In this document: in pieces, positions 1 to 8,955 of the stretch | Layout: each line of letters begins with the position of its first letter | Numbering within the stretch: position 1 is the first letter of the stretch | Assembly: GCA_021153985.1 (NCBI GenBank) | Contig: JAJKJM010000047.1 | Span: 52,403-116,402 of the forward strand | Source of the DNA: Polaromonas sp. | GTDB taxonomy: Bacteria; Pseudomonadota; Gammaproteobacteria; Burkholderiales; Burkholderiaceae_C | DNA length: 64,000 nt | Reading direction: 5' to 3' | Position numbers and translations under genes: made by a program | Notes under the pieces: model-generated | Seen by the model: only the letters and a program-made list of their open reading frames with translations | The model's database searches: none | Told to the model about the DNA's origin: nothing

Positions 1-39
1 TCTGCGGCAGGGCTGAAGTTGAGGAGAGTCACGATGACA

Positions 40-990
40 CTAAGCACTTAACCAAGTGAGCGCCTCATCAAGGGGAATTCGAGTATCGATGGCCTCGCGA
101 CATAAACAATCTGCGGAATGTTTGAACTTGTTGTTATGAGTTCCTCTTTCAATTGCCGTTACGGTCGCCGGGTCCACACCATGCTCTCGAACAAGATTGG
201 CGATGCAGGACCATATCGCTTGTTGGCCAAGATGGCCATGGCAAATCCACCTTCCAGGTTCGGCCTGATGATGGCTCTGAAGGTACAGATCAATATTGGC
301 GTTAACGTCGTCTAAATAGCTTTGAGGCACCGCAATTCCACGTTGGAGGAGGTCGTGTTTTAACGGTTCGAGAACATGGTATTTCTCGTTCGCCCATTCC
401 ACATGCATATGGTTTATCACACCATCCGATCTGGTAATTGCTGCGATTCTTTGCATTTCGAAGGAATAAGAAATTGCCAGAGCTATGAAATGATGAAAAC
501 GTTGTTCCAACGCTTGAAAGAATGCTCCGGATAATTTGTCTGCGAAAAACATTCGCAAATAAGCTTCTACACCTGCAACGTGGAAAAAATAGTTCTCAAT
601 TGAGTGCCCTAAAGTGATAAATGAGCCGCTCTGTTGGGTTGGAGGTTCCCAAGGTTTTTGTAATGGAATTGCAAAATCGATCCCATCCCATTCACGATCC
701 ACCAAGCTGCCAAATTTTTGACTAACAGTTTCGGAAGTGTTAGCCGACAACTGATTTATGTGATCTCGTATCGCACCAATCTTTGCTTTATTACCGAGTC
801 CGGCTAGGGCTTGATCATTGAGAATGTGCACGCAATCAATCTGCCCTTTCGCAGGAATACCCACTTGTATCTCCAGTTCGAGTTTAAGGCGATTAAGCAA
901 CGACTGATCGAAAACTCCTTCTACTAGAAGTGTCCTCCCAGTCCGACGAAGAACGGCATTTATGAACCCCCCCAAAGAATAGCCTTGCAT
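40..990 (-). CDS. DUF4435/TOPRIM-like protein, PARIS AriB-like effector
   Basis: TOPRIM-type LLVEGxxD and VDREWD motifs plus the SIENY motif typical of DUF4435; starts 2 bp after the ATPase stop; low GC. Confidence 0.7.
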   Translation of the reverse strand: MQGYSLGGFINAVLRRTGRTLLVEGVFDQSLLNRLKLELEIQVGIPAKGQIDCVHILNDQALAGLGNKAKIGAIRDHINQLSANTSETVSQKFGSLVDREWDGIDFAIPLQKPWEPPTQQSGSFITLGHSIENYFFHVAGVEAYLRMFFADKLSGAFFQALEQRFHHFIALAISYSFEMQRIAAITRSDGVINHMHVEWANEKYHVLEPLKHDLLQRGIAVPQSYLDDVNANIDLYLQSHHQAEPGRWICHGHLGQQAIWSCIANLVREHGVDPATVTAIERGTHNNKFKHSADCLCREAIDTRIPLDEALTWLSA

Positions 991-992
991 GG

Positions 993-2420
993 TTATTCGC
1001 TACCTTCGTCTTCACCAAATAACCCGTCTTGCAGGTTTTTGGTTAGTGTGGGTTCGAAATCCTGAGTCTCATCAATATGATCCCCACCGACCTCCGGCGA
1101 ATGAGTGCATGCAATGATCTGTCGGTCCGGTGCTTGGCGCATTAATTCGCGAAGAATTTGGCGTTGCCAGTCGATATGCAGTGAGAGCTCAGGCTCATCA
1201 ATTAGAAAGATTCCACTTTTAAACCTAGAGCGACTCGCCGAATAAAGCATGGTGAGAATTTGCTTTTCTCCTGAGGATAGTGAGGAAAGTCCATAAGCTC
1301 GACCACCTTCGGTGCCAACTCTCACCGCGGAGCGTGAACGGACTTTTGCATCAACAGTGCCGACCCTGAGAGTCTTCTTGTCAAGGAATTTATTGATCGA
1401 ACTCTCAAAGTCCCGGCTTTTTTGAAATGCCTGTTTGCGCTCTTCCTTTCGTGCTACTAGGGTATCAAGGTATAGGTGAAGCACGGCATTTTCTATACCT
1501 TTGGCATCTCTACCGCTGGTGCGCTTCAGATAGTCAGTTGCTTCGCTTAGCTTTTGATATATACCAAAAGATTCGCGGTTGCCCAACTGGTAGTCGGTAC
1601 TGTTAAGTGAGTCTGCAATTGAAGCTAACAGCGTATCCGTTTCTACTGGATTCTCAGGTTTGTCCATTCCCACAATTGTGCGAAATACTTTGACGAATAC
1701 GTCGGCAAACATATTCTGTTCACGCTGTGCCGTTTCGAGTTGTGCGACGCGCCACTCTGAAGAAAGGCCATCGTCGACTTCTAAAATCGATGGATATCGG
1801 ATTGTTGGAACAAACGCGCCAAACCATTGCCTGCATTGGAGTGTTTTTCTAGAAGTTATGGATGCTTCCTCTCTCAATGCGCGAAGTTCTGCCGCTTCTC
1901 TCGGTATTCTTGTAGTGGAAGAAATTAGAGTCTCTCGAAGAGCTGCGAACTCCTTTGATTCCACCTCTTCTAGTTCTTCTTCTCGAACAGATTCCCGATG
2001 ACTGGGCCCATATTCGCCGCGAACTCGCTCAAGTACAGAGCGAAAAGCGGGTAGATATGTGGGCCGATTTCCAAGTGCAGAGCGGATCGAACTGGCTTCT
2101 AATTCCGTTAAAGAAAGTGATTCGCCTAGAAATGATGCGTGCTCCCCATTGAGGGAAACTAAGCACTTGTCTTCGGGAAGGATTTTGGTGATTTCCAGTA
2201 CGTTTCCGCTGAACGTCGAAATGTTGATCTTCCGAAAATTCAGGTAGTTGAAACGCTTGAAATCCAGCTCTAGCGCATTGGCGAGAATATGAAGAGCTGT
2301 TGTCTTTCCCCTGCCATTTTTTCCATAAATAATATTGAGGCCTGGTTTGAAATCTATGTGCAAATCAAATTGCTCGTGCAGACCCTCAACGGTCAGATGT
2401 TTAATTCCAATTGGCTCCAC
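993..2420 (-). CDS. ABC/AAA_15-AAA_21-type ATPase, PARIS AriA-like sensor
   Basis: Walker A GKNGRGKTT, signature LSSGEKQ, Walker B LIDEPE, H-loop THSP; GTG start with AGGA RBS; no TM segments. Confidence 0.8.
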   Translation of the reverse strand: MEPIGIKHLTVEGLHEQFDLHIDFKPGLNIIYGKNGRGKTTALHILANALELDFKRFNYLNFRKINISTFSGNVLEITKILPEDKCLVSLNGEHASFLGESLSLTELEASSIRSALGNRPTYLPAFRSVLERVRGEYGPSHRESVREEELEEVESKEFAALRETLISSTTRIPREAAELRALREEASITSRKTLQCRQWFGAFVPTIRYPSILEVDDGLSSEWRVAQLETAQREQNMFADVFVKVFRTIVGMDKPENPVETDTLLASIADSLNSTDYQLGNRESFGIYQKLSEATDYLKRTSGRDAKGIENAVLHLYLDTLVARKEERKQAFQKSRDFESSINKFLDKKTLRVGTVDAKVRSRSAVRVGTEGGRAYGLSSLSSGEKQILTMLYSASRSRFKSGIFLIDEPELSLHIDWQRQILRELMRQAPDRQIIACTHSPEVGGDHIDETQDFEPTLTKNLQDGLFGEDEGSE

Positions 2421-2678
2421 AATTTTCCTACTTTCTTCTTAATTCGAGGATGTCGTTTGTTCACAAATGAATCCTTCATTCCCCCGGTACCGATTGAACA
2501 CCACTTTGCCGTCCGCGTCGGCATCAAATGTCTGTGACAAAGTACCAATCTTGTGGAGCTGAAAGTGCCCACCGGTTAGCACATGCATCTGTTTCTCGTG
2601 GAAGAAATCTTGTCTGAGTTTGTCGCATACTGATTCCGACCACTAGCCTAGCCCCTCTATTGACGGTTTAACCTATCG

Positions 2679-3656
2679 TTACCCCTTAAGCCCCTTACCC
2701 GCCCGCACCACCATCTCCTCAGTCCCCACATCCTTCGCACACCACCCCGCCACAATCCGCGACGAGTTAGACAGACCATGCGCATCCGCACCGGTGCCTT
2801 CACCTTGCAGCAACTGAACCGGAATCTGCGCTTTCTGCAGCGCGTCGGCCATCACGGTTTGAGAGGCCCAGAAGACGTTTTTGTCGTTCGGGTTGCCCAA
2901 CACAAACACGCGCAACTTGGGGTTGACCTTCTCCTTGGCGACAAACTTCCACGGCTCGTAGGAGTCGGCGTAGTTGGTGGTGTCTTTGGTGCGGCCCATC
3001 ATTTCCCAGCGGATGCGGGGTGAGGAGGGGGCTGAGGTGGGGATGGCACAGATGATGTCTGCGCGTTCGGTGATGAGTGACGAGGTGACGTGGCCGCCGC
3101 CGCTTTGGCCGGCGATGACCCATTCTTCAATGCCGTGGCGTTTTTTGATTTCGTCGAGCGCTGCCGAGATGATGACGGACTCATCGATGCGCCTGCGCTG
3201 CATGTGGTCGCCTGATGAGCCGTGGGTGCCGGGGCGGCCCATGAAGATGTAGGGCATGCCCAGCTTTTTGGCCCAGTCGTCGGCATTCTTTTGCAGCCGG
3301 GCATTGCTCAGGTCCAGGTAGGTCTGGCTGGTCTCGCCTACGCCTACAAAAACATCGCCATGAAAGAACACGATGGCGCGTTTGACAGGCTGGTCGCCAA
3401 AGCCGGCCTTCCAGTATTTGATGCATTCGGCGCCCGAGCTGGCCGTGGCGGCCCAGGCGGTGTTGGCGGCGGCCGCGCATTGCGCCTGTGTGGCCTTGAC
3501 GCCATGCAAGATGGCCGATTCTGAAAAGTCGCCGGCGTCGCTGAATTCGGCACGGCCGAATTGTGCGTGGCTGGCGGCCGGTGCGAGCAGGGTACTCGTC
3601 AATCCCCACATCACCAGAACTTTGTTGAAACCCTTGAGGTAAAAGAACTGGTGCAT
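2679..3656 (-). CDS. Exported alpha/beta-hydrolase-fold protein
   Basis: Signal peptide (..ASHA|Q), FHGD, nucleophile elbow GQSGG, C-terminal His (AHG). Confidence 0.65.
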   Translation of the reverse strand: MHQFFYLKGFNKVLVMWGLTSTLLAPAASHAQFGRAEFSDAGDFSESAILHGVKATQAQCAAAANTAWAATASSGAECIKYWKAGFGDQPVKRAIVFFHGDVFVGVGETSQTYLDLSNARLQKNADDWAKKLGMPYIFMGRPGTHGSSGDHMQRRRIDESVIISAALDEIKKRHGIEEWVIAGQSGGGHVTSSLITERADIICAIPTSAPSSPRIRWEMMGRTKDTTNYADSYEPWKFVAKEKVNPKLRVFVLGNPNDKNVFWASQTVMADALQKAQIPVQLLQGEGTGADAHGLSNSSRIVAGWCAKDVGTEEMVVRAGKGLKG

Positions 3657-3671
3657 GTGTGGGCTGTGTCG

Positions 3672-5528
3672 TTATTTACTGAACGAGTCTTTCATACCCG
3701 TGACCCGATTAAAGACGGGCTTACCCTCTCCTCCAATCTGATGATCCACCAGATCCGTCACAAAGTACCCATGCCGCTCAAACTGAAAGCGCGTCCCAGC
3801 GGGCACATTCGTCAGTGATGGCTCGACGTAAGCGGTCACGGTCTTCAGGCTGTCCGCGTTCAGTTCATCCAGGAAGTCTTTGTCGCCGGTACCAGGGTGT
3901 TCGACACTGAACAGGCGGTCATAGAGGCGCACTTCGACCTCGACCGCATCATTCACGCCCACCCAGGTGATCACGCCTTTGACCTTGATGGCGTCGGAAC
4001 CGGGTGTGCCGCTCTTGGTGTCGGGGATCAGGGTGGCGTGCACTTCTGTGACTTTGCCGTTGGCGTCTTTGACGGCGCCTGTGCATTCGATGACGTGGCC
4101 GTATTTCAGGCGCACCTTGCTGCCGGCGATGGCTTGCTTGCTGGCGTTGATGTGGGGCGGGAAGAGGCGGAAGAAGCCTTTGGGTGGCGTCTGTTCGTAG
4201 TCGGTGCGTTCAATCCAGACTTCTTTGCCGATCTTGAACTGGCGTTTGCTCATGTCTTCGTGGTGTGGGTGCACGGGTGCGCTGCAATCGTCGAGCTTGC
4301 CTGCGCCCATGACTTCGTCCCAATTCGTAAGCACCAGCTTGACGGGGTCGAGCACGGCCATGGCGCGTGGGGCGATGGGGTCCAGCGTGTCGCGCAGCGA
4401 GCCTTCTAGCGTGCTGTAGTCGATCCAGCTGTCGCTTTTGGTGACGCCGATGCGTTCGGCAAAGAGTTGAATGGCTTCGGGTGTGTAGCCGCGGCGGCGC
4501 AGGCCGACGATGGTTGGCATGCGGGGGTCGTCCCAACCGCTCACGCGCTTTTCGTTGACCAGCTGCGCCAGCTTGCGTTTGCTGGTGAGCACGTAGGTGA
4601 GGTTCAGGCGTGCAAATTCGTATTGGCGCGGGTGTGGCGTGGCAATGAGCTTGCCTTCGGCCAGGCGGTCTAGCAGCCAGTCGTAAAAGGGGCGCTGGTC
4701 TTCAAACTCCAGCGTGCAGATGCTGTGGGTGATTTGCTCCAGCGCGTCTTCGACCGGGTGGGCAAAGGTGTACATCGGGTAGATGCACCATTTGTCGCCG
4801 GTGTTGTGGTGGTGGGCGCGGCGTATGCGGTAGATGGCCGGGTCGCGCATGTTGATATTGGGCGAGGCCATGTCGATTTTGGCGCGCAGCACGGCGGCGC
4901 CGTCGGCGAGTTTGCCGTCGCGCATCTCGCGAAAGCGCGCCAGGTTCTCAGCCGGTGTGCGGCCGCGGAAGGGGCTGTTGGTGCCGGGGTGGCCGAAGTC
5001 GCCGCGGTTGTGGCGCATCTCTTCGGCGCTTTGCTCGTCGACGTAGGCGTTGCCGCTTTCGATCAGGTATTCCGCCGCGCGGTACATGAAGTCGAAGTAG
5101 TCGCTGGCCTGGTAGAGGTTGTTTTCTTCGCCGCTGGCGCCTTTGTTGTGCCAGTCAAAGCCCAGCCACTGCACAGCGTCTTTGATGGAGTCGACGTATT
5201 CGGTGTCTTCTTTTTCAGGGTTGGTGTCGTCAAAGCGCAGGTGGCACACGCCTTCGTAATCACGCGCCAGGCCGAAGTTCAGGCAAATGCTCTTGGCGTG
5301 GCCCACATGTAAGTAACCGTTGGGCTCGGGCGGAAAGCGCAGGCGCACCTTGGCGGGGTCGGGCTGGCCGGCTGCGTGGTGGGCGGCGTCCCCGGGGCTG
5401 CCGCCCCAGCGGCGGCTGGCATAAGTACCCTCTGCCAGGTCTTTTTCAATGATCTGGCGCAGGAAGTTGCTGGGTTTGTGGGTTTCTTTGTCGGCGGGGG
5501 CTGCTTTGGAGGGGGCGGGGGAGGTCAT
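3672..5528 (-). CDS. glnS: Glutamine--tRNA ligase
   Basis: RFPPEPNGYLHVGHAKS (HIGH), LTSKRKL (KMSKS-like), FQFERHGYF. Confidence 0.97.
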   Translation of the reverse strand: MTSPAPSKAAPADKETHKPSNFLRQIIEKDLAEGTYASRRWGGSPGDAAHHAAGQPDPAKVRLRFPPEPNGYLHVGHAKSICLNFGLARDYEGVCHLRFDDTNPEKEDTEYVDSIKDAVQWLGFDWHNKGASGEENNLYQASDYFDFMYRAAEYLIESGNAYVDEQSAEEMRHNRGDFGHPGTNSPFRGRTPAENLARFREMRDGKLADGAAVLRAKIDMASPNINMRDPAIYRIRRAHHHNTGDKWCIYPMYTFAHPVEDALEQITHSICTLEFEDQRPFYDWLLDRLAEGKLIATPHPRQYEFARLNLTYVLTSKRKLAQLVNEKRVSGWDDPRMPTIVGLRRRGYTPEAIQLFAERIGVTKSDSWIDYSTLEGSLRDTLDPIAPRAMAVLDPVKLVLTNWDEVMGAGKLDDCSAPVHPHHEDMSKRQFKIGKEVWIERTDYEQTPPKGFFRLFPPHINASKQAIAGSKVRLKYGHVIECTGAVKDANGKVTEVHATLIPDTKSGTPGSDAIKVKGVITWVGVNDAVEVEVRLYDRLFSVEHPGTGDKDFLDELNADSLKTVTAYVEPSLTNVPAGTRFQFERHGYFVTDLVDHQIGGEGKPVFNRVTGMKDSFSK

Positions 5529-5546
5529 CGAACCATTTTAGGGGTG

Positions 5547-5815
5547 AGAGCCTGTTCACGGTCTGCAGGGGGCCGCGCAAGCTGATTTTCGGGATGGAAT
5601 GCAAGGCGCGGCATCCAAGCCAAGGCTTGAGCCTTGGCTGATGTCGCAACGCAGCAGACCGCCCGAAAATCCACTTGCCCTGCGGGTTGGGACGAAATCG
5701 GGCGATTGAGCCGCCCGAGCCCTTGCATGGGCATTAGCCCATGCAGCGGTCCCGGCCGACCCACTCATCCCGATTGCGTCCCAACGCGGCCCCCTGCAGG
5801 CCGTGAACAGGCTCT
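5547..5815. mobile_element. MITE-like non-autonomous element with 31-bp terminal inverted repeats
   Basis: 5547-5577 AGAGCCTGTTCACGGTCTGCAGGGGGCCGCG vs reverse complement of 5785-5815, 30/31 identical; two internal hairpins; no transposase. Confidence 0.75.
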
Positions 5816-5930
5816 TGGAGTTACGTTTCCATACGGTCTTCACCGTGCATCCGGTATGCGGTTACCTGAGTGCTGCGTTTAATAAGCACATGGGCATTTC
5901 CTGCCCTTGCTACCTTTCCTAAGGAGAATC

Positions 5931-6320
5931 ATGATGAAGACAGCAATCAAGGCAAACCGCTCCCTCGCCGTGTTTGGCGCTGCAGCAGCAGTGGCCCTGG
6001 CCGCCTTCGGCTTTGCCGGTGCCGCCCAGGCCCGCGACAACGTGACGTTTTCTGTGGGCGTCGCCGCCCCCGGTATAGCGGTGGGTGTGACCAACGGCTA
6101 CCCGGTGTACCAGCAGCCGGTTTATGTGCAACCCGCACCTGTGTATTACCAGCCGGCGCCGGTGTATTACCCCCGCCCTGTGTACGTGAGGCCGGCACCC
6201 GTGTATTACCAGCCTGCGCCTGTGTATTACGGCCCCCCTCGTTACTACGGCCCGCGCCCCGTGTATTACCAGCAGCCCGGCTGGCACCGTGGCCACGGCC
6301 ATGGGCATGGCTATCGTTAA
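5931..6320 (+). CDS. Secreted proline/tyrosine-rich protein (PXPV-repeat type)
   Basis: AAGGAG RBS, signal peptide AQA|R, repeated YYQPAPV units, His/Gly-rich tail. Confidence 0.8.
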   Translation: MMKTAIKANRSLAVFGAAAAVALAAFGFAGAAQARDNVTFSVGVAAPGIAVGVTNGYPVYQQPVYVQPAPVYYQPAPVYYPRPVYVRPAPVYYQPAPVYYGPPRYYGPRPVYYQQPGWHRGHGHGHGYR

Positions 6321-6361
6321 GGTGCTCTGAGGGGCGTCCGGCCGGTTAACCGGCCCTCATC

Positions 6362-6389
6362 AAAAAGCCCGCTTCATGCGGGCTTTTTT
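6362..6389. terminator. Bidirectional rho-independent terminator
   Basis: AAAAAGCCCGC-ttcat-GCGGGCTTTTTT between convergent genes. Confidence 0.85.
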
Positions 6390-6405
6390 CATGGCGCGGG
6401 GCCTG

Positions 6406-6993
6406 TCAGGCGACTGGCCGCCAGAACACATAGTCCGCCTCATAAGGCACCCACTTGCGCATCCCCAGGCTGGCGGCAGTGCAGGCCGGGGCAGCGACCA
6501 CCCCGCCTACGGTGCGGCGGCTCTGGATGTAGCTGATGTTGCCCAGCGCGCCGGAGGTGTCTGAAGGCTTGACCATGGCCCGCTGCAGGGGCAGGTTTTG
6601 CCGGTCGCCAGGGATCTCGACCAGCTCTTGCGCGGTGACTTTGGAGCCGTCGCTGTGCTCCCAGCGCGAGCGCACGCCGGGGTAGTACATGACGGTGTTG
6701 CCGTTGCTGTCCTGTAATTTCAGGCCGGGTGTCTGCAGCAGCCAGGCGTATTCATAGGGGGCGCGTTTGACGGCCTGGCATTCATACAGCAGGTCGCCGC
6801 GGCCTTGCGCCTCCAGCACGGCGGTGTGGCCCGCCGGCACGCGTATGGCTTCGGGCAGCGCCTGCTGGGCCAGGTAAACATTGGGCTGGCGCAAGCCACA
6901 GGCGCTGAGCGCGCCCACAGCGCCGGCGACCAGCAACGCGCTTCGAACCGGGCCAAAGAGGCCGAGAGAAAAACGGAGGGCTTTGATGTTCAC
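6406..6993 (-). CDS. DUF3455-family lipoprotein (copy 3)
   Basis: GTG start after GAGGA; lipobox LSAC; motifs G.L.YEC, WEHSDGS, SYIQ..T.GG, YEADYVFW. Confidence 0.8.
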   Translation of the reverse strand: MNIKALRFSLGLFGPVRSALLVAGAVGALSACGLRQPNVYLAQQALPEAIRVPAGHTAVLEAQGRGDLLYECQAVKRAPYEYAWLLQTPGLKLQDSNGNTVMYYPGVRSRWEHSDGSKVTAQELVEIPGDRQNLPLQRAMVKPSDTSGALGNISYIQSRRTVGGVVAAPACTAASLGMRKWVPYEADYVFWRPVA

Positions 6994-7128
6994 GGCGGTT
7001 TCCTCGAGGCGGCAGACGATGATGTCAGCCCCCAGTACAACAGCGCCGGTCTTTACCGTCTGTAGGCGGCGGCAGGAATACCGTGCGGGGAAACACCGGC
7101 ATTTTTGGCTTGGCTGCGAGGCGGCGCT

Positions 7129-7166
7129 GAAAACAGAAAAGCCCGCAGGCCTGGGCCTGCGGGCTT
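7129..7166 (-). terminator. Rho-independent terminator after DUF3455 copy 2
   Basis: 13-bp stem AAGCCCGCAGGCC/GGCCTGCGGGCTT with U-rich tail on the minus strand. Confidence 0.7.
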
Positions 7167-7232
7167 GGGTTCCATTGCCACTTGGCGGCAATGGACAGGC
7201 GCGCTTTTGAGGGCGCGCGTAGAACAGCAGCC

Positions 7233-7823
7233 TTAAGCCGCCTTCCAGAAAATATAGTCGGCTTGGTAAGACGTGGTCAGCTTGTCGCCGATGTCGGCTT
7301 GGGTGCAGGCCTTGCTCAGGTCTTGCCCGCCCTTGGTCTTGACGCGCTGGATGTAGGTGACGTTTTGCAGCACGCCGGGCGCGGCGCCCGGTGTGCCGGT
7401 AGACAGCTGCTGCGGCAGGTTGGTGGCGCCCACGCGGGGGGCCAGCGCAACCTGGGTGCCGACAACGCTGGAGCCGTCCAGGTGCGTCCAGGTGGCGGGC
7501 GGGCCCGAATATTTCACAACGGTTTTGCCGGTGCGGTCCAGCAGTTCGGCCTCGGGGCGCACCAGCACCCAGCCAATCGTGCCGGCGGTGGTGGCGTTGG
7601 CCTGGCACTCGTAGTGCAGCAGGCCGCTGGCCGTGGTCTCCAGCGCCACAACATGGCCAGGCGGCACAACGATTGCGGCGTCGAGCTGGTCCTGCGTGTA
7701 CTCCTTGGGCAGCGGCGCCACGCCCGAACAGGCAGTGATCACCGCGGCGGTGCCGGTGACCATGGCCAGCGTAACGCCTGCGCTTTTGGTAAAGGCCCAA
7801 AGGGTGTTGTGGGTGCTTTTCAT
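7233..7823 (-). CDS. DUF3455-family lipoprotein (copy 2)
   Basis: ATG after GAGGA; lipobox ITAC; YEC, GPPATW..DGS, TYIQRV.TKGG, YQADYIFW. Confidence 0.85.
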   Translation of the reverse strand: MKSTHNTLWAFTKSAGVTLAMVTGTAAVITACSGVAPLPKEYTQDQLDAAIVVPPGHVVALETTASGLLHYECQANATTAGTIGWVLVRPEAELLDRTGKTVVKYSGPPATWTHLDGSSVVGTQVALAPRVGATNLPQQLSTGTPGAAPGVLQNVTYIQRVKTKGGQDLSKACTQADIGDKLTTSYQADYIFWKAA

Positions 7824-8050
7824 GGGGTCCTCGATTTCTGTTGTTTTCTGTTGTGAGCTTTTCCTGCCTGCGAAGCGTTTCTTCCTGGCTTCGCTGATCC
7901 GGACTGTTTTCAGCCTCCTGTGCAGTAAATCCTGCCTGACGGTAACCATCTGTAGGACGCCACGCAGGCCCATTGCCAGCGCCCAGCCGGACTGCGTGCG
8001 GGCAAACGGGCTGGCCGGGTGGTTGCCCGAGGGACACTCAAAAACCACGC

Positions 8051-8090
8051 AAAAAGCCCACAGAGCCCGCCTTGCGGCAAGCCTGTGGGC
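8051..8090 (-). terminator. Probable terminator after DUF3455 copy 1
   Basis: GCCCACAG..CTGTGGGC stem followed by U5 on the minus strand. Confidence 0.55.
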
Positions 8091-8153
8091 CTGCAAGCCA
8101 GCCCCGCCCGACTTCAGCGCTGGCGGCTCACGCCAGGGAACGGGTGGCGCGGA

Positions 8154-8708
8154 TTACATCGCCTTGTAGAAGATGTAGTCGGCCTGGTATTTCACGGTCT
8201 CTTTGGCGCCCACATTGCCGGCGGCACAGGCCATGGCGGGTGCGACGCCGCCTTTGGTGTCCACGCGCTGGATGTAGGTCACGCCGCTCATGGCGCCGCT
8301 GCCCATGGCCGGGTTGCCCTTGACGAGCTGCGACGGGATGTTGCCCATGCCGTTGGGCGCCACGGCGACTTGCGTGGCCGTCAGCCGGGAGCCGTCCATG
8401 CTTTCCCAGGTGGCCGGTGGGCCGTAATACTTGCCGACCTGCTTGCCGCTGCGGTCATTGAGTTTGGCGTCGGGGCCGACAAACACCCACTCAAACTGGC
8501 CGGCCATGTCTTTCTTCGGGCTGCACTGGTAGGTGATCTCACCCACGCCGACGGTTTCCATCGCGACCTTGTTGCCGGCGGGCACCTGCACAGTGGCCGG
8601 CAGGCTGGCCTGCGAATACATCGGCTGCATGGGCGACATGCTGCCGCAGGCGGCGAGCAAGGACACGAACAGAACTGAAGCAGAGGCGGTAGCGGTACGT
8701 AGCGTCAT
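8154..8708 (-). CDS. DUF3455-family lipoprotein (copy 1)
   Basis: AGGAG RBS; lipobox LAAC; GVGEITYQC, GPPATWESMDGS, TYIQRVDTKGG, YQADYIFY. Confidence 0.88.
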   Translation of the reverse strand: MTLRTATASASVLFVSLLAACGSMSPMQPMYSQASLPATVQVPAGNKVAMETVGVGEITYQCSPKKDMAGQFEWVFVGPDAKLNDRSGKQVGKYYGPPATWESMDGSRLTATQVAVAPNGMGNIPSQLVKGNPAMGSGAMSGVTYIQRVDTKGGVAPAMACAAGNVGAKETVKYQADYIFYKAM

Positions 8709-8810
8709 TTTTTAACTCCTGGTTTTTTTGAACCGGCCAGGGCTGGCCGGCGTTGGCAAGACGTCCGCCCGTTGTTGTTGGCGATGTGGCGCGGGCAGTC
8801 CTGTTGCTAG

Positions 8811-8837
8811 TACGGCGTGGCCGACGCAATGGATTCA
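8811..8837 (-). promoter_or_regulatory. Putative ECF-sigma promoter
   Basis: TGAATCC-N16-CGTA upstream of DUF3455 copy 1. Confidence 0.4.
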
Positions 8838-8868
8838 AAAGCCGGAAAGATGAGGCCTACCGTTGCGC

Positions 8869-8930
8869 GCTATCAAATTGGTAGCTGCTTGTGCACGCGC
8901 CGCCTGGGCTAGAGGCCGATTTGATGCATA
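8869..8930 (+). repeat. ~60-bp fixed-spacing GCTA-N9-TAGC motif, copy A
   Basis: gctatcaaattggtagc-N22-gcta..ttt; aligns with five other copies. Confidence 0.7.
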
Positions 8931-8955
8931 ACTTCCGGAGGGCTGGTTCCACAGG

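Noticed and set aside
40-2420. Gabija, Septu or OLD assignment
   Set aside because: No UvrD helicase or HNH partner, and ATPase and TOPRIM are separate genes; PARIS-like fits better
2421-2678. Possible retron ncRNA or att site upstream of the ATPase
   Set aside because: No reverse transcriptase in the window and no convincing inverted repeats or tRNA fragment seen
6994-8037. Long N-terminal extension making a 543-aa DUF3455 ORF, or a frameshift fusion of copies 2 and 3
   Set aside because: Overlaps copy 2 out of frame and crosses a terminator; copy 3 has its own RBS, GTG and lipobox
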